From Trueperaceae bacterium (GTDB lineage Bacteria > Deinococcota > Deinococci > Deinococcales > Trueperaceae): 64,000 nucleotides of DNA. The notes beneath the pieces are model-generated. The model was given only the letters and a program-made list of their open reading frames with translations. It was not told the DNA's origin and did not search any database. Position numbers and translations under genes: made by a program. Location of the stretch: positions 1,952,001 to 2,016,000 of the forward strand of contig OZ243956.1 in assembly GCA_965214405.1 (NCBI GenBank), written 5' to 3'. Below, piece after piece: positions 29,381 to 38,093 of the stretch (positions are counted from its first letter, which is position 1; every line of letters begins with the position of its first letter).

Positions 29381-30217
29381 TTAGGAACCTTGACCAGAGC
29401 CGACGCGCAGGCGGTACTGATGAGGAGATTGCCCGACGTGTTTTTTGAAAACGGCGTAGAACCGACTTGTCGAGGCGAATCCCGCGTCGAACGCGACGTC
29501 CAAAAGGTTCTTGTCGCTGTTAATGAGTAACTGTTGAGCTTGACCCACACGGTACTGGCTAAGGTAGGTCATTACGCTCACGCCGTAATGTCGTTTAAAG
29601 GCCTTCATTAAGGAGTTGGGTTTTGCGCCTACCGCCTCGGCGATTGCGCTGAGAGTAAGGTCTTGGTCGCTGTAGCTCGCCGCGATAAAGCGCGTGACGT
29701 GCTCGAGGCTGTTGCTTGCGTTCGGCTTTTCCCATACGGTCGTTTGCTGCTGACTACTTAACACCAACCGCCTCAAGCAAACTTGTAAGTCGGCGAGGGC
29801 CAGGCTGTGAAGTGCGGGATTCGGCCCCTGAATGTCTTCGCTGATTTTGGTAAAGATATAGTAGTGATAGGGCTCTTGGGTCGTAAACTGGATGAACTCG
29901 CCTTGCAGGATGCCGTCGTTAAAGGGTAAGTGCCAAGAAAGGAACTCCGAAACGGGCAGATGGTACCAGTATTGCAGGGTGTTTTTGGACGTATGTTTGG
30001 CGATATGTGGTACCGCCGCCCAGAAGACGATGAGCCTGGGGGCGGTCAGGTTGATTGTTTTATCCGCGAACACCCAGCGTATAGAACCGTACGCAAGGTA
30101 ATTCAACTCGACCTCGCTGTGTCGGTGAAGATTCGCCTGACCTGTATTAAAGTGGCGACCCGCCAGCAGACCTGTGGTGTAGATTCTGTTTTGCGCGTCT
30201 AAAGTACAGGTGTCCAT
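29381..30217 (-). CDS. AraC-family transcriptional regulator (MelR-like)
   Basis: Cupin 'HRHSEVELNY...FWAAVPH'; HTH 'VAFDAGFASTSRFYAVFKK..GQSP..YR'; start ATG 30217 is a best guess. Confidence 0.9.
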   Translation of the reverse strand: MDTCTLDAQNRIYTTGLLAGRHFNTGQANLHRHSEVELNYLAYGSIRWVFADKTINLTAPRLIVFWAAVPHIAKHTSKNTLQYWYHLPVSEFLSWHLPFNDGILQGEFIQFTTQEPYHYYIFTKISEDIQGPNPALHSLALADLQVCLRRLVLSSQQQTTVWEKPNASNSLEHVTRFIAASYSDQDLTLSAIAEAVGAKPNSLMKAFKRHYGVSVMTYLSQYRVGQAQQLLINSDKNLLDVAFDAGFASTSRFYAVFKKHVGQSPHQYRLRVGSGQGS

Positions 30218-30378
30218 AATTTGGGAATTTTCTTCACAATACAGGAAGAAATTCTTTACTCTTTCCAATATACTACACAAGCTACCAATCCAGGCAGGGA
30301 GCAGTTGAGTCACAGGTGTTCGGGCGTATTCAGTTGTATTTGGTGCGTTTGTCCTACTTGTAAGGGAGGTAAGGATAC

Positions 30379-31623
30379 ATGAAATGCTTACGGTTAGCGC
30401 TTCTGGTTTTCGTGAGTGGCTTGTTTTGTACGAGCCTCGCTCAAACGCTAAACTTCATCGTCAATGCCGACGACTACAACGAGGCGATCGCGGGTTTCTA
30501 CGATGAGGTCGCCCAGATGTTCATGGAGATGCACCCTGGTACGACCGTTAACTTTGATGTTTTCCCCAACGGTCAGTTGGCGGACCAGATTCGTATCGAG
30601 GGCTTTGGCGGCGGCGGATTGCACGACGCAGCCGTGACCTTCGACGCCCCCGCGCTGGCCGCCGACGGCGTTTTGGAAGACGTCACCGAAGAGATCACCG
30701 CCTGGCCCGGTTGGGAGGGGTACACCGAGGGACAAAAAAGTCGCGTCAGTTTTGACGGTCGCGTTTACGGCGTTACCCTAAGCAACAACACCAACGGTCT
30801 TTACTACAACAGAGCCATGCTAGAAGAGGCGGGGGTCGACCCCGCGAGTTTAACCACGATGGACGGGTTTATAGCGGCGCTCGAGCAGGTCCGCGACGCA
30901 GGCCTGACCAGCGCAGACGGTGACGCTGTTTTCCCGCTCAGCATCAACGCCAGCCGCAGCGACTGGTTCACGTCCAACTTCATTTACGGCGCGGGCGGCA
31001 ACCTGACCGACGCCGAGCGCACCGAGATCACGGTCGACACGCCGGAGTTTGCCGAGGGCTTCTCGCTGTTGCGGCGGCTTTTCGAAGACGATCTGGCGGC
31101 GCTGCCCGACGGCGATTACGGCATCAACCGGGGTCTCTTTGAGCAGGGGAAAGCCGCCTTTTGGATTTCGGGCGAGTGGGACGCGAGCGTTTTGCGTGAC
31201 GCCCTGGGAGACGAGCTTGGTTTCATAGCGCAGCCCGTCTGGAAGCGCGGCGCTGTGCCCTTAGGCGGCGCGGAGTGGGTCGTTCCCATCGGCTCACCCA
31301 ACCGCGAGCTCGCCACCGACTGGCTCTTACTGCTCGTTTCAAAGCCCGTACAGCAGCTCGCTTTTGAAAAGTACGGGCGCGTGCCCGTCGAACTGGAAGG
31401 TGCGGTCGTGGGCGCGGAAGACGACCCCATCTTGAGCGTCATCCTCGAGTCTGTAAAGAACAACGCCGTGCTCCTGGATTCAAACCGTTTTCCCGACGCG
31501 CCTGAAGTGAGCAACTTATGGTTCGAGCTTATCGATGAGGTGATCTATTCGGATACCCCGATTGAGGAGCTGCTTTCGGACTACCAAAGCCGTATCGACG
31601 CAGCGTTTGCAGCAACCCAGTAG
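30379..31623 (+). CDS. sugar ABC transporter substrate-binding protein
   Basis: Signal peptide 'SLAQ'; 'GRVYGV', 'LYYNRAMLEEAG', 'LGGAEWVVP'; RBS GGAGG. Confidence 0.92.
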   Translation: MKCLRLALLVFVSGLFCTSLAQTLNFIVNADDYNEAIAGFYDEVAQMFMEMHPGTTVNFDVFPNGQLADQIRIEGFGGGGLHDAAVTFDAPALAADGVLEDVTEEITAWPGWEGYTEGQKSRVSFDGRVYGVTLSNNTNGLYYNRAMLEEAGVDPASLTTMDGFIAALEQVRDAGLTSADGDAVFPLSINASRSDWFTSNFIYGAGGNLTDAERTEITVDTPEFAEGFSLLRRLFEDDLAALPDGDYGINRGLFEQGKAAFWISGEWDASVLRDALGDELGFIAQPVWKRGAVPLGGAEWVVPIGSPNRELATDWLLLLVSKPVQQLAFEKYGRVPVELEGAVVGAEDDPILSVILESVKNNAVLLDSNRFPDAPEVSNLWFELIDEVIYSDTPIEELLSDYQSRIDAAFAATQ

Positions 31624-31641
31624 GGGTTGAAACCAAAGGTG

Positions 31642-31665
31642 AGGGTCAGGTCAACTCCTGACCCT
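31642..31665 (+). terminator. intergenic stem-loop after SBP
   Basis: AGGGTCAGG-TCAACT-CCTGACCCT. Confidence 0.6.
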
Positions 31666-31688
31666 TATTGCGATTGGCGAGATCATCC

Positions 31689-32576
31689 ATGAAAAGTCTT
31701 TGGCTGTTACTAAACAAACGCAGCGTCGCGCCCTATATTTTTCTTTTGCCGCTGTTTATTTACATCCTGGTTGTGTGGTTTTATCCCGTCGTGATGAACC
31801 TTTACATGTCTTTTTTCGACTGGGACTTTATCAGAGAGTCACAGTTTGTCGGGCTCGACAATTACGAGAAGATGTTTGCCGACCCGAACTTTTTCAAAGG
31901 GCTTAGAAACTCGGTTGTCTACACGCTTTTCTTGCCGCTTACGCTGATTCCCGCTTTTCTCGTCGCGGTCGTTTTGCAGGAGGTAAACTTTGCTCGCGGC
32001 TTTTTCAGAAGTGCCTACTACCTAACCAGCATCATCTCTTTGTACGGTTTAGCGCTCATCTTCAGGTTTTTGTTCGCCGACCAGGTGGGTCTCGTCAACA
32101 ACACGCTTGTCGGGCTCGGCTTTGAGCGCGTGTCTTGGCTGAGCGACTCCACGAGCCTCATCGTCATCATAGGCGTGCTCACCGTGTTTAAAGGCGTCGG
32201 CTGGAACATGCTGGTTTACGTCGGCGGTTTACAGGCGCTAGACACGACGCTCTATGAAAGCGCCCGCATCGACGGGGCGAACTGGTGGCAGGTCGTAACG
32301 CGCATCACGGTTCCGCTCATGCGCCCCGTAATTACGTTCACCGCGATCATGGCGTTCGTCTACCTTTTTCAACTTTTCTCCCCCATCATCTTGATTGCCA
32401 GCCGCGGCAGGTTTACGAACGTGCCGACAGGGGTACGGACACCCGTGGTGGAGGCTTACATTCAGTCTTTCGGTTTGAACAATCCGGGGTACGGCAGCGC
32501 GATCATGCTCGTCATGAGCGTTCTGGCGCTCTGTGCCGCGGCCTTTATTCTCTGGAGGTCGGCGCGTGCGGACTAA
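31689..32576 (+). CDS. carbohydrate ABC transporter permease
   Basis: 'LYESARIDGAN'; TM segments. Confidence 0.93.
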   Translation: MKSLWLLLNKRSVAPYIFLLPLFIYILVVWFYPVVMNLYMSFFDWDFIRESQFVGLDNYEKMFADPNFFKGLRNSVVYTLFLPLTLIPAFLVAVVLQEVNFARGFFRSAYYLTSIISLYGLALIFRFLFADQVGLVNNTLVGLGFERVSWLSDSTSLIVIIGVLTVFKGVGWNMLVYVGGLQALDTTLYESARIDGANWWQVVTRITVPLMRPVITFTAIMAFVYLFQLFSPIILIASRGRFTNVPTGVRTPVVEAYIQSFGLNNPGYGSAIMLVMSVLALCAAAFILWRSARAD

Positions 32577-33438
32577 AGCGTCCAGTGTTGAAGCGCCTCG
32601 AGCCCAAACGCCTAGCTGGAGCGGCTGGTATCGGCGGCTCAAACCCTTTCATTACCTGTTCTTGAGCGCTTTTTTGCTGCTCCTACTTTTCCCCCTGATC
32701 TTCTTGCTGTCGTCATCGTTCAAGGAGTCACGCTACATTTTCGAGTATCCGTTTCGCCTGATCGCGGGAACGCCCACGCTCGACAATTTCGCCAAGGCCT
32801 GGGACAGCGCGATCAGCAGCTTTTTGTGGAACAGCGTGGTTGTCGCGGTGGGTACGACCCTCACCAACATCCTCTTTTGTACGATGGCGGGTTACGCGCT
32901 CGCCAAGTTCCGCTTTCCGGGACGCGCTTTCGTGTTGGGCGTCGTGCTGCTGACCACCATCATCCCTATAGACTTTAATATCATCCCCCTGTTCGTGTTG
33001 GCGAGAGAGCTGGGCCTCGTAGGGACCTACCTGGGCATCGCGCTGCCGGGCATCATCTATACCTTCGGCGCCTTTATGATGATGCAGTTTGCTCAGGCTG
33101 TGCCCGACGAACTGCTCGAGGCTGCGAGGCTGGACGGCTGTTCGGAGTACGGCATCTTTTTCAGAATCGCGTTTCCCTTGCTGGGGCCTCCGGTGACCGT
33201 GCTGGGGGTGTTCAGTTTCTTTAACAGTTGGGACAACTTCTTGTGGCCCGCCATCGTCGCCATCCGCGACGAGAAATTCACAGTGCCTGTCGGCTTAGCC
33301 AGCTTGATAGGCAACCGCGACTACAACGTGCCGGTCATTTTGGCGGGCATAACTCTCTCCATCATTCCCGTGCTCATCCTTTTCGCCTTTTTTCAGCGCC
33401 GTATCGTCGAGAATTCTCTCAGCGCAGGAATCAAGTAG
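32566..33438 (+). CDS. carbohydrate ABC transporter permease
   Basis: 'VPDELLEAARLDGCS', 'SWDNFLWP'; GTG 32566 after GGAGG. Confidence 0.93.
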   Translation: MRTKASSVEAPRAQTPSWSGWYRRLKPFHYLFLSAFLLLLLFPLIFLLSSSFKESRYIFEYPFRLIAGTPTLDNFAKAWDSAISSFLWNSVVVAVGTTLTNILFCTMAGYALAKFRFPGRAFVLGVVLLTTIIPIDFNIIPLFVLARELGLVGTYLGIALPGIIYTFGAFMMMQFAQAVPDELLEAARLDGCSEYGIFFRIAFPLLGPPVTVLGVFSFFNSWDNFLWPAIVAIRDEKFTVPVGLASLIGNRDYNVPVILAGITLSIIPVLILFAFFQRRIVENSLSAGIK

Positions 33439-33537
33439 GGATGTTTTTTACAAAGCTAGCTACTCAGCCCAAACCTGACGCCCCGCGCACCTCCCAACAA
33501 CACGTATCGCTTTCACGTGATGAGGTGGGGTCTCTTT

Positions 33538-34413
33538 ATGACTGATTCACCCGCTAAACACGCGCCGCCCTACGCTATGGGCCGTCCGCTGGGCGCATTC
33601 TCCAGCCTCTTGCCCTTGACTCAACTCGAGCAGTTCAAGCATTACGGACTGGACTGCGTGCAGTGGGAACCGAGCCCCGCCGCCATGCAAAATGACGGGG
33701 ACGCCTACAAAGAAATTCAAATGTTTAGGGATGCCGGACTGGCTATCGTGGCGCTGGTGGGGTACAGGAACATCGTGACACCTGACAGGACAAAAAAGGC
33801 GGCTGTCGTTAAAGACATGCAGCGCCTGTTCGAGCTTGCCGCGATGGTAGGCGCTGGCACCGGGGTGGCGACCGAAACGGGCACAAAAAATGCCGAAAAC
33901 CAGTGGCTGTTTCATCCCGACAACCTGAGCGAGGCGAGCTGGCAGGAACTGCTCGAGACTGTGAAAGCGTTTCTTGAAATGGCGGAAGGTTTGGACGTGA
34001 AGCTGTTACTCGAGGGCTACGTAGAAAACGTGCTCCGCACCGCCGACGATATCCGGCGGTTCCGGAAAGCGGTTCAGTCGCCCGCCCTCGGCTTTGTCAT
34101 GGACCCCTTTAATCTCCTGCTCGAAGAGCACGTCCCCCAGCAAGAAGGCGAACAGAGCAAGATATTTGAGACCGTCGCCGATCTTTCACCGATTGCCCAT
34201 GCCAAAGACGTGCTCTACACCGACGGCGTCGTCGGCACACCGCGCTCCGGGAAGGGTGTTTTTAACTTTACGCCTTACTTTAGGCTGCTCGAGCAGCAGC
34301 TACCCGGCGTGCCCTTGATCGTCGAACACCTGAGCGCCGAAGAGATTCCCGAAGTCCTGAGCTTTTTGCAGCGCGCCTACGATGAGGCTTCCGTAGAGGA
34401 CAAGGCGTCATGA
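33538..34413 (+). CDS. sugar phosphate isomerase/epimerase (xylose-isomerase-like TIM barrel)
   Basis: Metal ligands 'LLLEG', 'MDPFN', 'HAKD', 'IVEH'. Confidence 0.88.
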   Translation: MTDSPAKHAPPYAMGRPLGAFSSLLPLTQLEQFKHYGLDCVQWEPSPAAMQNDGDAYKEIQMFRDAGLAIVALVGYRNIVTPDRTKKAAVVKDMQRLFELAAMVGAGTGVATETGTKNAENQWLFHPDNLSEASWQELLETVKAFLEMAEGLDVKLLLEGYVENVLRTADDIRRFRKAVQSPALGFVMDPFNLLLEEHVPQQEGEQSKIFETVADLSPIAHAKDVLYTDGVVGTPRSGKGVFNFTPYFRLLEQQLPGVPLIVEHLSAEEIPEVLSFLQRAYDEASVEDKAS

Positions 34414-35450
34414 ACAGCGCGCCCCAGCACCGCCCCAGGTTTCCCGAAGGACCGCTGCCGGGGGTAGGGATTGTCGGCTCCGGCAACATCGTGCGCAATA
34501 TTCACCTAGCGGCGTACAAAGCCTACAACGTACCCGTCGTTGCCGTGTATGACATCGTTCCTGAAAACGCTGCACTCGCAGCGGAGATTATGCCCGGTAT
34601 CCACGTCTGTAACTCGTTAGAAGAGCTCCTGGCCGACCCTGAGGTTCAGATCGTCGATATCGGTACGTTCCCGCCCCAACGCGTGCCCATCATGCACGAA
34701 GCCCTAAAAGCAGGGAAACATATCCTGGCACAAAAGCCGCTAGCGCCCAGTTTGGCAGACGCAGCGGCGGTCGTGAAAGAAGCCCAGCGCCTCGGGCTCA
34801 AACTTGCGGTCAACCAAAATGGTCGCTGGGCACCCCCCTGGCGCGTTGCTACTTTGCTCATAGAACAGGGTGACATAGGCGATGTGCTCGGTATCGAACA
34901 TTTCTTCGACATTAGCTTTTCGTGGATCGTGGGGACGAGGTTTGACGACATCAAGCATTTTGCCGTTTATGATTACGCCGTTCACTGGATTGACATCACG
35001 CGCTGCTGGCTGGGGAGTCTCCAGCCCTTCGAGGTAAGGGCGCGCGAATGGCGCACACCTAATCAGCCGAGCGAATCGGAACAACCCTGGGGCTTTGACC
35101 TGTCCATAGCGTCTAAGGGCGGGGTAACGGCAAACATAAGCACGCACGGGTCGGGTCTAAGTACGCAGGGCCATCCCTTTTACATTTTTGGTAGCAAAGG
35201 AACGATTCGCGGGTCAGCGCTGGGTAATGATTTTGTCGAACTAGAAACCCCTGCGGGACGGTTTCGCTACAAGCTCGAGGGCGAGTGGTTCAACGACGGG
35301 TTTGCGGGCGTGATGGGTGAACTCATGTGCGCCCTGGCTGAAGACCGCGAACCCTACAATTCGGGAAGACACAATTTGCTTTCGTTAGAACTCACCTTCG
35401 CGGCGGTCGCGTCCGCTGAAAAGGAGGGTCGGGTGGTTGGAACCGGATGA
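34410..35450 (+). CDS. Gfo/Idh/MocA family oxidoreductase
   Basis: 'GIVGSGNI', 'AGKHILAQKPLA', 'VNQNGRW', 'DYAVHWID'. Confidence 0.92.
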   Translation: MNSAPQHRPRFPEGPLPGVGIVGSGNIVRNIHLAAYKAYNVPVVAVYDIVPENAALAAEIMPGIHVCNSLEELLADPEVQIVDIGTFPPQRVPIMHEALKAGKHILAQKPLAPSLADAAAVVKEAQRLGLKLAVNQNGRWAPPWRVATLLIEQGDIGDVLGIEHFFDISFSWIVGTRFDDIKHFAVYDYAVHWIDITRCWLGSLQPFEVRAREWRTPNQPSESEQPWGFDLSIASKGGVTANISTHGSGLSTQGHPFYIFGSKGTIRGSALGNDFVELETPAGRFRYKLEGEWFNDGFAGVMGELMCALAEDREPYNSGRHNLLSLELTFAAVASAEKEGRVVGTG

Positions 35451-35451
35451 C

Positions 35452-35905
35452 ATGACAACAAATACTTTGAGTCGACTTTTCCTGAATGTGCTGCTGGAAA
35501 ACGTCTACACCGCCCCAGCTCGCGGCTACCTCGCCTCTTTGCGGGCTATCGAAACGCTACGGAAGGTGTGGCTGCATCACTTCTGGTTTGATAAGGGCGA
35601 GCCACGCTACCGCGACGCGAAAGACCTCGCGCCCGCTAACGTCCGCCTTAACTCGCCCTACGACCCGGAAGCGGCGTTCGGCAAGAAGGGTACCTTTACC
35701 TGGACGGGCTATAAGGTCTTCGTCACCAAGACCTGTGACGCCGCTGCGCCTCGCATCATTACCCACGTCGTGACGACTGGCGCGGGCGCGTCGGACGTAG
35801 ACCAAACGGCTAAGGTTCACGAAGCCTTAAGAGACAAGCACCTTCTCCCCAAGATGCACCTCGCCGACGGCGGTTTTGTCGACGCCGACCTTCTGCTCGA
35901 GCCCC
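35452..35905 (+). mobile_element. IS1182-family transposase internal fragment
   Basis: 'AIETLRKVWLHHF', 'NSPYDPEA', 'WTGYKV..T.TCD', 'IITHVVTT.A...D', 'LLPKMHLADGGFVDA'; both termini missing; frame runs on into antisense of oppC. Confidence 0.8.
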
Positions 35906-35940
35906 TCCCACAAGCGAGCAGGAAAGACCGTCACCTGATG

Positions 35941-37083
35941 TCAGTTGCTCGCATAGGGGTCAGCCGCGTCCCTCAGCCCGTCACCGACGAAGTTAAACGC
36001 GAGCACGGTAATGATGATAAAGACCACGGGCACGAGCAGCCAGGGTGCCTGCGAGATGGCGTGAATGTCCCTGGCTTCGTAAAGGAGCGAGCCCCAACTC
36101 ACGACGGGCGAACGCAACCCTAAGCCGATAAAGGTGAGCGCGGTTTCGCCGAGAATCATCTGCGGCACCGTCAGCGTCAGGCTGACGATGATGTAGCTTA
36201 AAAAAGACGGGATGAGGTGCTTGGCGACGATGACCCGCGTCGGCGCGGCCGACACCCTGGCCGCCAGCACGAAGTCCGCGTCGCGGATGCTGAGCAGTTG
36301 GCTGCGGACGACCCTCGCCAGCCCCGTCCAGCCGATAAACGAAAGAATGATGGTGATGCCGAAGTAGATCCGCAGCGCGGGCCACTGCGGCGGCAGCGCC
36401 GCGGCTAACGCCATCCACAGCGGCAGCACGGGGATCGACCGGAGAAACTCGATGACGCGCTGGGAAATCAGGTCGAAGGTGCCGCCCAAGTAGCCCGACA
36501 AGCCGCCGATGGCGAGGCCGAAAAAGAAGGTCATGAGCACGCCGATAAGCCCGACCGACAGCGAGATGCGCGCGCCGTAAAAGGCGCGGCTCAACAGGTC
36601 CCGGCCCAGGCCGTCGGTGCCGAGCAGGTGCATCGGGCCGTCCTCTACGCCGAACAGGTGGCGGTCGGCCTCAAAAAGGTTCCAGAACCTGTAGTCGTCC
36701 CCCCTGACGAACAACGACAGGTTGTACTTTTTCTCGGGGTCCGCCACAAACTCCTGCGCCAGGGTTTCGGGGTTTCGCTCGGCGCTGTAGCCGTAGACGA
36801 AGGGGCGCAACTGAAACTTGCCCTCGTGCACGAAGCGAATCGTCTGGGGCGGCGCGTAAATCAGGCTGCTGTTCCGCGCCTGGGGCGTGTAGGGCGACAA
36901 AAACTCGCAGAACATACCGATCGTGTAGAGGATGACGAGCGCCGCGACGCCTATCAGCGCGAGCTTGTGCTTTTTGAACTTGGCCCAGATGAGTTGAGCC
37001 TGGGAAGCGTTGAGGTAGGCGTCCTCTGAGGGCTTTTTTACGCGTCGGTCGCGCCAAAAGGCCAGCCTGCGTACGGGGTTCAT
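35941..37083 (-). CDS. Opp/Dpp-type ABC permease (OppC-like)
   Basis: 'LLGTDGLGRDLLSR', 'ARVVRSQLLSIR..DFVLAAR', 'NFVGDGLRDAADP'. Confidence 0.95.
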   Translation of the reverse strand: MNPVRRLAFWRDRRVKKPSEDAYLNASQAQLIWAKFKKHKLALIGVAALVILYTIGMFCEFLSPYTPQARNSSLIYAPPQTIRFVHEGKFQLRPFVYGYSAERNPETLAQEFVADPEKKYNLSLFVRGDDYRFWNLFEADRHLFGVEDGPMHLLGTDGLGRDLLSRAFYGARISLSVGLIGVLMTFFFGLAIGGLSGYLGGTFDLISQRVIEFLRSIPVLPLWMALAAALPPQWPALRIYFGITIILSFIGWTGLARVVRSQLLSIRDADFVLAARVSAAPTRVIVAKHLIPSFLSYIIVSLTLTVPQMILGETALTFIGLGLRSPVVSWGSLLYEARDIHAISQAPWLLVPVVFIIITVLAFNFVGDGLRDAADPYASN

Positions 37084-38066
37084 TTCTCCATCCTTATGCG
37101 GGGGTCGAGGGCGGCCAAGAGGATGTCGGACACGAACGTCCCGATCACCGTGAGGACGCTGAGCAGCAGCAGGAACGAGCCCGCCAGGTACATGTCTTGC
37201 CCCAACAGCGCCCGGAGCAGCAGCGGCCCCGTGGTGGGCAGGTTGAGCACCAATTCGACGATGGGCGCGCCCGAGATGATGGCGGCGAGCTGCCAGCCCA
37301 TCGTGGACACCACGGGGTTCAGGGCCAGCCGGACCGGGTACTTGAACACCAGGCGGGTCTCAGACACGCCCTTGGCCCGCGCCGTGACCACGTACTGCTG
37401 TGCCAGCTCGTCTAACAACATGCCCCGCATCACGCGGGTGAGGCCCGCCACGCCCGCCACGCCGAGCACAAAAACGGCGATCCAGGCGTGCTCTAAGGTG
37501 TCAATGAACTTCGCCCAGCTCATCGGCTGGTTCAAGAACTCGGGCGAGTTGAGGCCGCCCACGCTGTTGCCCATGAGGTGACTTACGTAGAGCACCCCAA
37601 AGGCCAGGATGAAGCCGGGCAGCGCCAGACCTATATAACTCAACGTGGTGATGATAAAATCTCCGACGGAGTATTTTCGCAAGGCCGAGTAGATCCCTAT
37701 GGGAATAGCCAGGAGGTAGGTAAAAATAAGCGTCGCCACGCCCAACGCGACCGTCAGCCCGAGCCGTTCCCACAAGAGTTCGCTGACGGGCTGCTCCCAC
37801 TGAAAGGAGCGCCCGAAATCCCCTTTCGTGACGATGTTGGTAATCCAGATCCAGTATTGGGTCACGGCGGACTGGTCGAGCCCGTAGGACCTACGTAGGC
37901 TGTCGATTTCGGCCTGGTTGGTCTGGCCGCCGGTCGCTTCTAGCTGCAATAAATAGGACGATAAAAAGTCACCCGGCGGCAACTGGATGAGAAAAAACGA
38001 CACCACCGACACCAGGAAGATGGTGAGCAGCATAAAAAGCAAGCGTCTGACGATGTAGTTCAGCAT
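37080..38066 (-). CDS. Opp/Dpp-type ABC permease (OppB-like)
   Basis: 'IQLPPGD', 'GDFGRS', 'YVVTARAKG', 'LDPRIR'. Confidence 0.95.
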   Translation of the reverse strand: MLNYIVRRLLFMLLTIFLVSVVSFFLIQLPPGDFLSSYLLQLEATGGQTNQAEIDSLRRSYGLDQSAVTQYWIWITNIVTKGDFGRSFQWEQPVSELLWERLGLTVALGVATLIFTYLLAIPIGIYSALRKYSVGDFIITTLSYIGLALPGFILAFGVLYVSHLMGNSVGGLNSPEFLNQPMSWAKFIDTLEHAWIAVFVLGVAGVAGLTRVMRGMLLDELAQQYVVTARAKGVSETRLVFKYPVRLALNPVVSTMGWQLAAIISGAPIVELVLNLPTTGPLLLRALLGQDMYLAGSFLLLLSVLTVIGTFVSDILLAALDPRIRMEK

Positions 38067-38093
38067 TTTTCAGAATCTCCCTCGCCGACAAAC

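Noticed and set aside
30218..30313. Extended AraC N-terminus from 30313
   Set aside because: Runs through the AT-rich divergent promoter region; ATG 30217 gives a normal MelR-like length
35437..36123. Intact 228-aa transposase gene
   Set aside because: Only an internal IS1182 segment; the last ~70 codons are junction sequence and antisense oppC
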